Assembly: GCA_965235115.1 (NCBI GenBank)
Contig: OZ249436.1
Coordinates: 45,510,001 to 45,574,000 of the forward strand
Source: Laetmonice hystrix
Lineage: Eukaryota
Direction of reading: 5' to 3'
Length of the DNA stretch: 64,000 bases
In this document: positions 23,859-36,445 of the stretch, piece by piece
How the letters are laid out: the number at the start of each line of letters is the position of its first letter
Numbering within the stretch: position 1 is the first letter of the stretch
Notes under the pieces: model-generated
Seen by the model: only the letters and a program-made list of their open reading frames with translations
Database searches by the model: none
What the model was told of the DNA's origin: nothing
Made by a program: the position numbers and the translations under genes

Positions 23859-26800
23859 ACAATCTAGCGTTTCCTGGGATCATTAACAACTTATGACTGA
23901 CTGACAATCTAGCGTTTCCTGGGATCATTAACAACTTATGACTGACTGACAATCTAGCGTTTCCTGGGATCATTAACAACTTATGACTGACTGACAATCT
24001 AGCGTTTCCTGGGATCATTAACAACTTATGACTGACTGACAATCTAGCGTTTCCTGGGATCATTAACAACTTATGACTGACTGACAATCTAGCGTTTCCT
24101 GGGATCATTGACAACTTATGACTGACTGACAATCTAGCGTTTCCTGGAATCATTAACAACTTATGACTGACTGACAATCTAGCGTTTCCTGGGATCATTG
24201 ACAACTTATGACTGACTGACAATCTAGCGTTTCCTGGGATCATTGACAACTTATGACTGACTGACAATCTAGCGTTTCCTGGGATCATTGACAACTTATG
24301 ACTGACTGACAATCTAGCGTTTCCTGGGATCATTAACAACTTATGACTGACTGACAATCTAGCGTTTCCTGGGATCATTAACAACTTATGACTGACTGAC
24401 AATCTAGCATTTCCTGGGATCATTAACAACTTATGACTGACTGACAATCTAGCGTTTCCTGGGATCATTGACAACTTATGACTGACTGACAATCTAGCGT
24501 TTCCGGGGTTCATTAACAACATGACTGACTGACAATCTAGCGTTTCCTGGGATCATTAACAACTTATGACTGACTGACAATCTAGCGTTTCCTGGGATCA
24601 TTAACAACTTATGACTGACTGACAATCTAGCGTTTCCTGGGATCATTAACAACTTATGACTGACTGACAATCTAGCGTTTCCTGGGATCATTAACAACTT
24701 ATGACTGACTGACAATCTAGCGTTTCCTGGGATCATTAACAACATGACTGACTGACAATCTAGCGTTTCCTGGGATCATTAACAACATGACTGACTGACA
24801 ATCTAGCGTTTCCTGGGATCATTAACAACATGACTGACTGACAATCTAGCGTTTCCTGGGATCATTAACAACTTATGACTGACTGACAATCTAGCGTTTC
24901 CTGGGATCATTAACAACTTATGACTGACTGACAATCTAGCGTTTCCTGGGATCATTGACAACGTATGACTGACTGACAATCTAGTGTTTCCTGGGATCAT
25001 TGACAACATGACTGACTGACAATCTAGCGTTTCCTGGGATCATTAACAACATGACTGACTGACAATCTAGCGTTTCCTGGGATCATTAACAACATGACTG
25101 ACTGACAATCTAGCGTTTCCTGGGATCATTAACAACATGACTGACTGACAATCTAGCGTTTCCTGGGATCATTGACAACTTATGACTGACTGACAATCTA
25201 GCGTTTCCTGGGATCATTAACAACATGACTGACTGACAATCTAGCGTTTCCTGGGATCATTAACAACGTATGACTGACTGACAATCTAGCGTTTCCTGGG
25301 ATCATTAACAACTTATGACTGACTGACAATCTAGCGTTTCCTGGGATCATTAACAACATGACTGACTGACAATCTAGCGTTTCCTGGGATCATTAACAAC
25401 TTATGACTGACTGACAATCTAGTGTTTCCTGGGATCATTAACAACTTATGACTGACTGACAATCTAGCGTTTCCTGGGATCATTAACAACATGACTGACT
25501 GACAATCTAGCGTTTCCTGGGATCATTAACAACTTATGACTGACTGACAATCTAGCGTTTCCTGGGATCATTGACAACTTATGACTGACTGACAATCTAG
25601 CGTTTCCTGGGATCATTAACAACATGACTGACTGACAATCTAGCGTTTCCTGGGATCATTAACAACATGACTGACTGACAATCTAGCGTTTCCTGGGATC
25701 ATTAACAACTTATGACTGACTGACAATCTAACGTTTCCTGGGATCATTAACAACTTATGACTGACTGACAATCTAGCGTTTCCTGGGATCATTAACAACT
25801 TATGACTGACTGACAATCTAGCGTTTCCTGGGATCATTGACAACTTATGACTGACTGACAATCTAGCGTTTCCTGGGATCATTGACAACTTATGACTTAC
25901 TGACAATCTAGCGTTTCCTGGGATCATTAACAACTTATGACTGACTGACAATCTAGCGTTTCCTGGGATCATTAACAACTTATGACTGACTGACAATCTA
26001 GCGTTTCCTGGGATCATTAACAACTTATGACTGACTGACAATCTAGCGTTTCCTGGGATCATTGACAACTTATGACTGACTGACAATCTAGCGTTTCCTG
26101 GGATCATTGACAACTTATGACTGACTGACAATCTAGTGTTTCCTGGGATCATTGACAACTTATGACTGACTGACAATCTAGCGTTTCCTGGGATCATTAA
26201 CAACATGACTGACTGACAATCTAGCGTTTCCTGGGATCATTAACAACTTATGACTGACTGACAATCTAGCGTTTCCTGGGATCATTAACAACATGACTGA
26301 CTGATAATCTAGCGTTTCCTGGGATCATTAACAACTTATGACTGACTGACAATCTAGCGTTTCCTGGGATCATTAACAACTTATGACTGACTGACAATCT
26401 AGCGTTTCCTGGGATCATTAACAACATGACTGACTGACAATCTAGCGTTTCCTGGGATCATTAACAACTTATGACTGACTGACAATCTAGCGTTTCCTGG
26501 GATCATTAACAACTTATGACTGACTGACAATCTAGCGTTTCCTGGGATCATTGACAACTTATGACTGACTGACAATCTAGCGTTTCCCGGGATCATTGAC
26601 AACTTATGACTGACTGACAATCTAGCGTTTCCTGGGATCATTAACAACTTATGACTGACTGACAATCTAGCGTTTCCTGGGATCATTAACAACTTATGAC
26701 TGACTGACAATCTAGCGTTTCCTGGGATCATTAACAACTTATGACTGACTGACAATCTAGCGTTTCCTGGGATCATTAACAACTTATGACTGACTGACAA

Positions 26801-29800
26801 TCTAGCGTTTCCTGGGATCATTGACAACTTATGACTGACTGACAATCTAGCGTTTCCTGGGATCATTGACAACTTATGACTGACTGACAATCTAGCGTTT
26901 CCTGGGATCATTAACAACGTATGACTGACTGACAATCTAGCGTTTCCTGGGATCATTAACAACATGACTGACTGACAATCTAGCGTTTCCTTGGATCATT
27001 AACAACTTATGACTGACTGACAATCTAGCGTTTCCTGGGATCATTGACAACTTATGACTGACTGACAATCTAGCGTTTCCTGGGATCATTAACAACTTAT
27101 GACTGACTGACAATCTAGCGTTTCCTGGGATCATTAACAACTTATGACTGACTGACAATCTAGCGTTTCCTGGGATCATTGACAACTTATGACTGACTGA
27201 CAATCTAGCGTTTCCTGGGATCATTAACAACTTATGACTGACTGACAATCTAGCGTTTCCTGGGATCATTAACAACTTATGACTGACTGACAATCTAGCG
27301 TTTCCTGGGATCATTAACAACGTATGACTGACTGACAATCTAGCGTTTCCTGGGATCATTAACAACATGACTGACTGACAATCTAGTGTTTCCTGGGATC
27401 ATTGACAACTTATGACTGACTGACAATCTAGCGTTTCCTGGGATCATTAACAACTTATGACTGACTGACAATCTAGCGTTTCCTGGGATCATTAACAACA
27501 TGACTGACTGACAATCTAGCGTTTCCTGGGATCATTGACAACTTATGACTGACTGACAATCTAGCGTTTCCTGGGATCATTAACAACTTATGACTGACTG
27601 ACAATCTAGCGTTTCCTGGGATCATTAACAACTTATGACTGACTGACAATCTAGTGTTTCCTGGGATCATTAACAACTTATGACTGACTGACAATCTAGC
27701 GTTTCCTGGGATCATTAACAACATGACTGACTGACAATCTAGCGTTTCCTGGGATCATTAACAACATGACTGACTGACAATCTAGCGTTTCCTGGGATCA
27801 TTAACAACATGACTGACTGACAATCTAGTGTTTCCTGGGATCATTAACAACTTATGACTGACTGACAATCTAGTGTTTCCTGGGATCATTGACAACTTAT
27901 GACTGACTGACAATCTAGCGTTTCCTGGGATCATTAACAACATGACTGACTGACAATCTAGCGTTTCCTGGGATCATTAACAACTTATGACTGACTGACA
28001 ATCTAGCGTTTCCTGGGATCATTGACAACTTATGACTGACTGACAATCTAGCGTTTCCTGGGATCATTAACAACTTATGACTGACTGACAATCTAGCGTT
28101 TCCTGGGATCATTAACAACATGACTGACTGACAATCTAGCGTTTCCTGGGATCATTAACAACATGACTGACTGACAATCTAGCGTTTCCTGGGATCATTA
28201 ACAACTTATGACTGACTGACAATCTAGCGTTTCCTGGGATCATTGACAACTTATGACTGACTGACAATCTAGCGTTTCCTGGGATCATTGACAACTTATG
28301 ACTGACTGACAATCTAGCGTTTCCTGGGATCATTAACAACTTATGACTGACTGACAATCTAGCGTTTCCTGGGATCATTGACAACTTATGACTGACTGAC
28401 AATCTAGCGTTTCCTGGGATCATTGACAACTTATGACTGACTGACAATCTAGCGTTTCCTGGGATCATTAACAACGTATGACTGACTGACAATCTAGCGT
28501 TTCCTGGGATCATTAACAACATGACTGACTGACAATCTAGCGTTTCCTGGGATCATTAACAACTTATGACTGACTGACAATCTAGCGTTTCCTGGGATCA
28601 TTGACAACTTATGACTGACTGACAATCTAGCGTTTCCTGGGATCATTAACAACTTATGACTGACTGACAATCTAGCGTTTCCTGGGATCATTAACAACTT
28701 ATGACTGACTGACAATCTAGCGTTTCCTGGGATCATTAACAACTTATGACTGACTGACAACCTAGCGTTTCCTGGGATCATTAACAACGTATGACTGACT
28801 GACAATCTAGCGTTTCCTGGGATCATTAACAACATGACTGACTGACAATCTAGTGTTTCCTGGGATCATTAACAACATGACTGACTGACAATCTAGCGTT
28901 TCCTGGGATCATTAACAACATGACTGACTGACAATCTAGTGTTTCCTGGGATCATTAACAACTTATGACTGACTGACAATCTAGTGTTTCCTGGGATCAT
29001 TGACAACTTATGACTGACTGACAATCTAGCGTTTCCTGGGATCATTAACAACATGACTGACTGACAATCTAGCGTTTCCTGGGATCATTAACAACTTATG
29101 ACTGACTGACAATCTAGTGTTTCCTGGGATCATTAACAACTTATGACTGACTGACAATCTAGCGTTTCCTGGGATCATTAACAACATGACTGACTGACAA
29201 TCTAGCGTTTCCTGGGATCATTAACAACATGACTGACTGACAATCTAGCGTTTCCTGGGATCATTAACAACATGACTGACTGACAATCTAGTGTTTCCTG
29301 GGATCATTAACAACTTATGACTGACTGACAATCGAGTGTTTCCTGGGATCATTGACAACTTATGACTGACTGACAATCTAGCGTTTCCTGGGATCATTAA
29401 CAACATGACTGACTGACAATCTAGCGTTTCCTGGGATCATTAACAACTTATGACTGACTGACAATCTAGCGTTTCCTGGGATCATTGACAACTTATGACT
29501 GACTGACAATCTAGCGTTTCCTGGGATCATTAACAACTTATGACTGACTGACAATCTAGCGTTTCCTGGGATCATTAACAACATGACTGACTGACAATCT
29601 AGCGTTTCCTGGGATCATTAACAACATGACTGACTGACAATCTAGTGTTTCCTGGGATCATTAACAACTTATGACTGACTGACAATCTAGCGTTTCCTGG
29701 GATCATTGACAACTTATGACTGACTGACAATCTAGCGTTTCCTGGGATCATTGACAACTTATGACTGACTGACAATCTAGCGTTTCCTGGGATCATTGAC

Positions 29801-29906
29801 AACGTATGACTGACTGACAATCTAGTGTTTCCTGGGATCATTGACAACGTATGACTGACTGACAATCTAGCGTTTCCTGGGATCATTGACAACGTATGAC
29901 TGACTG
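23859..29906. repeat. 6-kb satellite with a 45-bp unit (43-bp variant), about 135 copies
   Basis: Unit ACAATCTAGCGTTTCCTGGGATCATTAACAACTTATGACTGACTG. Very homogeneous. Confidence 0.98.
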
Positions 29907-31683
29907 AGAACCTGCTCCTGGCCTCGGAACATTTGGCTACTTTTCTAATTTTGATTTTTACACAATTCTCATGAAACTAAGATGAAAAGATAAAGGAACT
30001 ATCCAAGAGATCAGACAACCGTTTCGCAGACATATTTTCTTCTTTAACAAGCCGGATCCTGGGTCACGCTACGTGACCAATAAGCGGTAATCTCTTATAA
30101 TGTTTTTTTTCTAGTTGAAATGGAATGTGAATTTTTGTTAGAGAGGACCAGATTTCCGTCGACATCTCACGCAATGGCCATCTGGAGTGTTTTGCATGAT
30201 TTATTTAGTCATTTTTTAAACTTTAGGTCACTGCCCATGAACTTATTAGACTGGCGCCCTAACTTTGACACTATAGGAGTTTATAAAGGCCACAGGAAAC
30301 AAAAACCGGAAAACATATTGCGATATATTTGTGTGTGCTCGTATCTTAGGTACCTAATTTGTGTCTGTAATGGGCCCAACTATATGGCTATGCATTTTCG
30401 GAATCGGCTGACCCGCCGGTCGGTCGGCTTAGTGCATCTTAAATGCTCATTTTCATGAATATCACCGCTTATTGAAGACGAATAGAAATATATATCCATG
30501 TCGGGCGTCATTCACGAACACCTTATGTCCGTATCGGTTAGAAGAAAACACTGCCCTTGAATCAAGGTCACGCCTTTAGGATATCGCATATCGCGCTCTG
30601 ACATGAGACTGGTAAGTCTGAGTATAATTTAACATCTCCGTTATGATATTAAATACATGGATATTACCAGAAGAAATAGAGACTGAAATTGACAAGATTT
30701 TGCTCTATTTTGCGTTGTCATACAATTTCAATTAAATTGGAAATGGTGTAATTTAGCAAAACTTTTATGACCTCTCACCTTCCCCAGAGAACTTTAGAAA
30801 ACTTTGTTGCCAGACAAAGGTGGGTGGGTGGGTGGGTTGCCAGGGTCATATCACTGCCAAACAAAGAGACGAAAGTAATGATGACATGGATGTATAGACC
30901 CGGCTTCACATCGTCATAAAGAAACCATTATGTTTCCAACATTCAATAATATGACAACCACTGATTGTGTCCGTTTTGAAACTTTGCCGACATTTGTTAA
31001 CTGAAAAAAAATCTTTATCTAAATAGACTCTATCATATCCCTACCCACTAAAGGCGCCTTACTTGTTTTTTGTCACATCGTGTGTGTAACACCAGAAATA
31101 ACTTCATGAAAGAAATAATGCTTGTCGACTGTGCAGAATCCTCCTAAAAATTATCCTTTTATAAGCCGAAAGTTTTTTACCTTTGAAGATACGAGGTTTC
31201 ATCAGCAGGCCGACAATATCGACGTACATGGGAAAATCCCACCTACCTCGGCGTCTTACCTCCCGGACATTGGTCACTCTCAGGAGTAGGTAATTTCAAT
31301 GGAACAGCTAGGATTACGGAGTGATATCCTGAGTTATTTTCCCTGTGACCATGATGGCTGGTCAACTCCTGACTGTGGAAATATCACCCAGGTATGACGC
31401 TGAGGTAAGTGGGATTCTTCCATATTTCACTTCTTCAAAATTGTACATCGTTATTTTTTATTTCAGACGCATTAGATTTGATTGATTGCTTATTTATACT
31501 AGGTATTTTGATAATATGTGATATACCATGAGGGGCCACTCCCGTAGATGTTAACTTTAATGAATAAATCTCCTTGATTTTGTTTTCTATTGCAACACAT
31601 TCACTTTAAAATATTACAGGTTTGATTAATCTAATTCGGTGCGGCCCACTATATGGCCCACTATATCCGTGTTCAGGATCCCA

Positions 31684-31922
31684 CACTGTAAAAAATAGCT
31701 GCGTATTTTTACAGTTAATTTCACTGGCGTCCCAGTTATAATAACTGTAATTAAACAGGCAAAATACGTAAATTTGACAGAAACATTTGTAATTTTATGG
31801 CATTTTTATTTGTAACTGTAAAGATTACGGCGTTATTTTACAGATAACTCTACTGTAAAATAAATTTATACCAAATAAAGCTGTAAATTTTGTCTGTTAT
31901 TCTACGAGTATTTTTTACAGTG
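31684..31922. mobile_element. EnSpm/CACTA-like MITE
   Basis: TIRs CACTGTAAAAAATA / TATTTTTTACAGTG, 2-bp TSD CA, and internal TGTAA/TTACA repeats. Confidence 0.8.
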
Positions 31923-31957
31923 CATTCGGTGGCCCACTAATATGAGACCGCGTTATA

Positions 31958-32180
31958 CAATATGTCCCAAAAAAATGATAGTCTAACTTTAGGTGTGCAA
32001 TACACTTACATATTTTAGAGGATTGTCGAATTTTGAATTTTGAAGTTGAACATAAAGTTTGATTCCCCTATAGATAACTCTCCGCAAGTTTGGTGTTGAC
32101 AGGATCACGCATTACTGATCACAACCAGTATCTCTTTTTGACAATGGAAAACAGACTATCATTATTTCGGGGACATACTG
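31958..32180. mobile_element. Tc1/mariner-type MITE
   Basis: TIRs CAATATGTCCC..AATGATAGTCT / AGACTATCATT..GGGACATACTG, with TA on both sides. Confidence 0.75.
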
Positions 32181-33147
32181 TAGGATACCATCGTATTTTA
32201 AAAATGTAGTTTTGTTAGGATGACTCAATGGCCTTTAATTTTAGATTTTAAATAAAATAATTGAAACGATAAAGATAGACCAGAAAAAAAACAACGGGAG
32301 ATATTGCCAGAGAATAAAACGAGAACAACTAGTATTATCTGCACTGAGAAGGACGCACAGAATCAAGCAGTTGTGCATTTTTATGGCAATTCTAATATCT
32401 TAAACATGACTTGACACGGTATAGTCCAGTTGTTTGTTCCGGTTGTTTCGTCCGGAAAGCGTCCACAAAGCCGGAGTTAGTGTTTGTGTGGGTTTTAGCT
32501 GATGTAGTGATTGTCACTTTACGAGCATAGTAGACGTAAAACAGTAGTGAGTGCCGGTACAGCTTTGAAATGTGATCATAGTCAGGGTCTATTCTCTAAA
32601 AAAGTGCCTTTAAAAATAGGAGTGCACGGCATTTTAGAGTAGAGTTTCGCATGCAGGTTCATTGGCACAAGTCTTTTGATGATCCATGCGAGCTTAAAAG
32701 TCTTGTTGAAGGTCGAGTAATTCATAAATTGGAGGTCAAAAACAAAAAAAAAACGTAATTGTGTTGAGACATTACGCTAACGCAACTACTACTAACGGTG
32801 AAAATATATGAGCCAAAGTCTTGGCAGTTACAGGAAAGGTTAAGTCATTGTTCGCTTATCAACCTTAGATATTATTGTACCTTTTACACTGTTATTGTAA
32901 CGGGACCACGCTACTAATATAATTATAATGCCAGTTGTAAATATCCCTTAGCCTCACTGCCGAGTAATATTAGCTGAGACATGCAGGTAGGCCTAATAAT
33001 CGTCTAAAATGTCGAACTTGTCATCTTTGACAAATACAGGAATTTGACCAAACATAATGGCAACCCCAGAGATATACGAAAACAACACCAGTGTTAAAGA
33101 TTTTTTAATGCTTCAACAACTTTTACTACTGTCACGTAGGCCTACCA

Positions 33148-33891
33148 GGCCCCGTTGCATATTCAATTAATACATAACGTAGCTCAAATTACATTATTTT
33201 TAAAAATATAATAAAATAAAATACCAGCTTTTAGCTTTATACAAGACAATGGTTCTAAATGGGTAAATCCAGAACCTTGGACTTTGTTTTGCGCCTAATT
33301 ATGACAGTAGCCTATCTGTATTTGATATCACTATAATGTAACATTTGATTTCCCTAGTGGACATTTCAGCTAGCTAATTGGGCATTTTGTAGCTATTTTG
33401 ACATTTGGCTTTAGCTAATTGGATATTGAGTTACCTATTTGGACATTTGAGCTGCCTATGTTGATGATTGGTGTAAACTAGTGGACAGTGGACCTGGAAA
33501 ACGTATACTTTATTATTATGTGTTATTTTACAACTCATAAAGACCGGCTTTGATGAACATGGGTAATTGTTGAGATGAAGCAACATACAAGGCCAGGTCC
33601 GGTGTACCCATTCCGCCACCTGACGACTAATTAGGGAACTGCCTCAAGAAGCTGGTGTCGCAGTGAGGTGCTGCTCTCAGGTACTTTTACGACCACTTAT
33701 GGGGATTGTGTAATGACTGCTAATATGGGCACATTGCAGATAGCGACCTCTAACATTTGCGAGCGCTAACACTTGTGACAACATGGGGTATCTGATATGC
33801 AACGGCGTCAGTAGGGCCGTTAGTAGTCGCAAAAAATTAAGGATCGCAAAGGTTTTAGTGGCCCTTAAGGAGGAAAATATACAACGGGGCC
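33148..33891. mobile_element. Longer span bounded by the ends of the 610-738 Harbinger MITE family
   Basis: GGCCCCGTTGCATATTCA at 33148. 33820-33891 matches the reverse complement of 610-682. The interior is not confirmed as element sequence. Confidence 0.55.
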
Positions 33892-34299
33892 CTGATGGCA
33901 ACCCATTGCCGCAATCAGATGTCTTTCATGGAGATTTATAAAATGTGTAAGTTAAAGACAGACAGACAGACAGACTAAACAAGACGTTATGAATATCTTA
34001 ACTTATTAAGTGAGCGCTGGCCAAGTCTGGACAATATCTGACAGGGGGATGAGGAATATTATGAACTATAAGAACAGATCTAGAAGGCCGATATTGACAA
34101 TTATTGTTAAAGTCTGTCTGTTTACAAAACCTATATGCTATGTGACAGAAGGTGCGTAGATTTTGACAAGGTAAGCATGAACAGCCGAACTGGCTTCCCG
34201 TAACGCTCAACCAGCAGGTTGACATGATCCCTGCTGAGCAACAGAATATCAGCCCCTTAAAGCGGTCATGCTAAGACACCATGATAACCTTATTCGAGA

Positions 34300-34535
34300 G
34301 TGGCAACGCATACTGACACTACCACACTGACAACTGCAACAAAACAAGAATGAGGATCCGAGACAATATGCTCAACGAATTCAGAATCATGTAAAAAACA
34401 TACAGCTAGGTTGATGATTCTCTTCTCTGGGACGTTTTTCTGCAGAGCCTCCAGGGTACGGTAAACGCTGATGTTGCTAAAGCTAACCCACGTACATTTG
34501 CCGACACCATTGACACAGTAGTTCTCATGAACGCC
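34300..34535 (+). pseudogene. Decayed Ty3/Gypsy-like gag (capsid) fragment
   Basis: With one frameshift it reads QNKNEDPRQYAQRIQNHV..VDDSLLWDVFLQSLQGTVNADVAKANPRTFADTI, resembling the QxxxExxxxY major homology region and FLxGL/NPxTF. A possible degenerate PBS TGGTGTCGCAGTG lies at about 33653. Confidence 0.45.
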
Positions 34536-35344
34536 ATATATATCAGTGGTGGATTCAGGGGGGCGCCCCCCCCCCCATTTTCCAAACCATTTCCCAAACT
34601 CTTGCCTACTTTCTATGTTTCATGCATACAAAAATAATGGAATATTGTTGAAAGATTTGAAAGAAATTTCTACTCGACAGGCTCAGACAACACGTCTCGG
34701 ACGTTCCTGAAAAAGAAAAAGAATGGGCCACCGCTTATCAAACAAAAGGTGCCCCCCCTCCCCCTTCCTGAAATCTTGGTTCCGCCACAGTATATATAAC
34801 GTCGATAGGTGACATTCAACTAGATACAAACCAACACGACGTTCATGCACAAAATGAGATTATATTGTATATCAGACTCAGTCTCCCCCGCAAACACACG
34901 CCCACTCAACATCCCGCCGCGTCTATTCAGGGGAACGAACTTTTCAGAACAAATTACAACAACTCCGTCCTCAAGTTCAGAAACTAGATCTATACAAAAC
35001 GAACAACAGCCGAACCACCGCATCCGATAATACGTATAGGAGTGTCGAGTATATTAACAGCTCGAACTATAGGCAGGTATAATAGTTCTGCTGCCTATAG
35101 GCGTTGACTGGAAGAACAGTCCACCTCACAAAGAAAGAAGTAGTGCCAGGTTGACACTACTCTTTTCTTTTTTTCTTTTTTCTTTTTTCTCGCGTCGCAC
35201 GCGTCCAGTGAGGATACAGCTTTAGGCGGGAGAACTCCCGAATTTGGGGGTTATTTGCCCTTTTCTCCCGATCTCCCGACTGACCTCTGAAATCTCCCGC
35301 CTGCATTCAGTTGCAGAAAAAAGACAGTTGAAGGTGCTCACATG

Positions 35345-36445
35345 TACGGTGGCCCAGAAGTACAAATTCTTCCGCTTCACAGATAATTCCTTCTCTTCAC
35401 AGTGAAATTCTTCCTCTTCACAGACAATTCCTTCTCTTCACAGTGAAATTATTCCTCTTCACAGTAAAATTCTTCCTCTTCACAGACAATTCCTTCTCTT
35501 CACAGTGAAATTCCTTCTCTTCACAGACAATCCCTGCTCTTCACAGTGAAATTCTTTCTCTTCACAGCAATTCCTTCTCTTCACAGTAAAGTCCTCGAAA
35601 ACGCAGGTGGCGCCATCTTTAGAGGAATAGGCCTACTTAAACTAATTTCGGGTAGCATTTCGAAACTGAGAATGAACCAATAATGTTTCCGGTCCATAAG
35701 CAGCGGGATAAACAAACCCAAGTCATGGGCATTCATGGGCATTCGTGACAATCGTATTTGTTATTAATCGCGGTGTTTCTGTTTGTGTTTGATTGACATC
35801 ATGCGTATATCTGTTCAATATGTGGGAACAGCACCTGTAGGCCTACAATCGAGAGATGGAAACAAACTGTGGCACTCATTCCGCTAAATTTGGATCGGAC
35901 ATGATTGTGCGACTGTCCTAAGTCAGACCAACGGCAACGCCATTTGTTTTGTTTACCATCCTCCATCCCAAAGAATGATGATCGCAGGCGCGCCTGGATT
36001 TTATAAGAGCTTATAAGGGATCTGGCTGTGAACTGGGAAGGGATGGCCTCCGTGTACCCCACGATCAATCCACAGTTACCCACAGGTTCCTACAGGTGGC
36101 ACTACGGTACTCACTCTGACTACTTCCGGTCGGACAGTACTGACAAGGATTTCAGTGTGAAACGCATGATCTCAAGTGTGAAGCAAGGGAACTGGCTGAA
36201 TCTGTGAAGAGGAAGAATTTCACTGCGAAGCAGAAGAATTGTCTGTGAAGAGGAAAAATTTCACTGTGAAGCGGAAGAATTTTACTGTGAAGAGAAGGAA
36301 TTATCTGTGAAGCGGAAAAAAATTACTGTGAAGAGAAGGAATTGTCTGTGAAGAGGAAAAATTTTACTGTGAAGAGGAAGAATTTCACTGTGAAGAGAAG
36401 GAATTGTCTGTGAAGCGGAAGAATTTGTACTTCTGGGCCACCGTA
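35345..36445. mobile_element. IS3EU-like non-autonomous element with repeat-rich long TIRs
   Basis: Termini TACGGTGGCCCAGAAGTACAAATTC / GAATTTGTACTTCTGGGCCACCGTA, with a perfect 6-bp TSD CACATG at 35339-35344 and 36446-36451. TTCACAG subterminal repeats of about 21 bp occur in both arms. Confidence 0.85.

Noticed and set aside
23800..29892. Many (LLMIPGNARLSVSHK)n ORFs
   Set aside because: Translations of the 45-bp satellite, repeatedly broken by 43-bp units.
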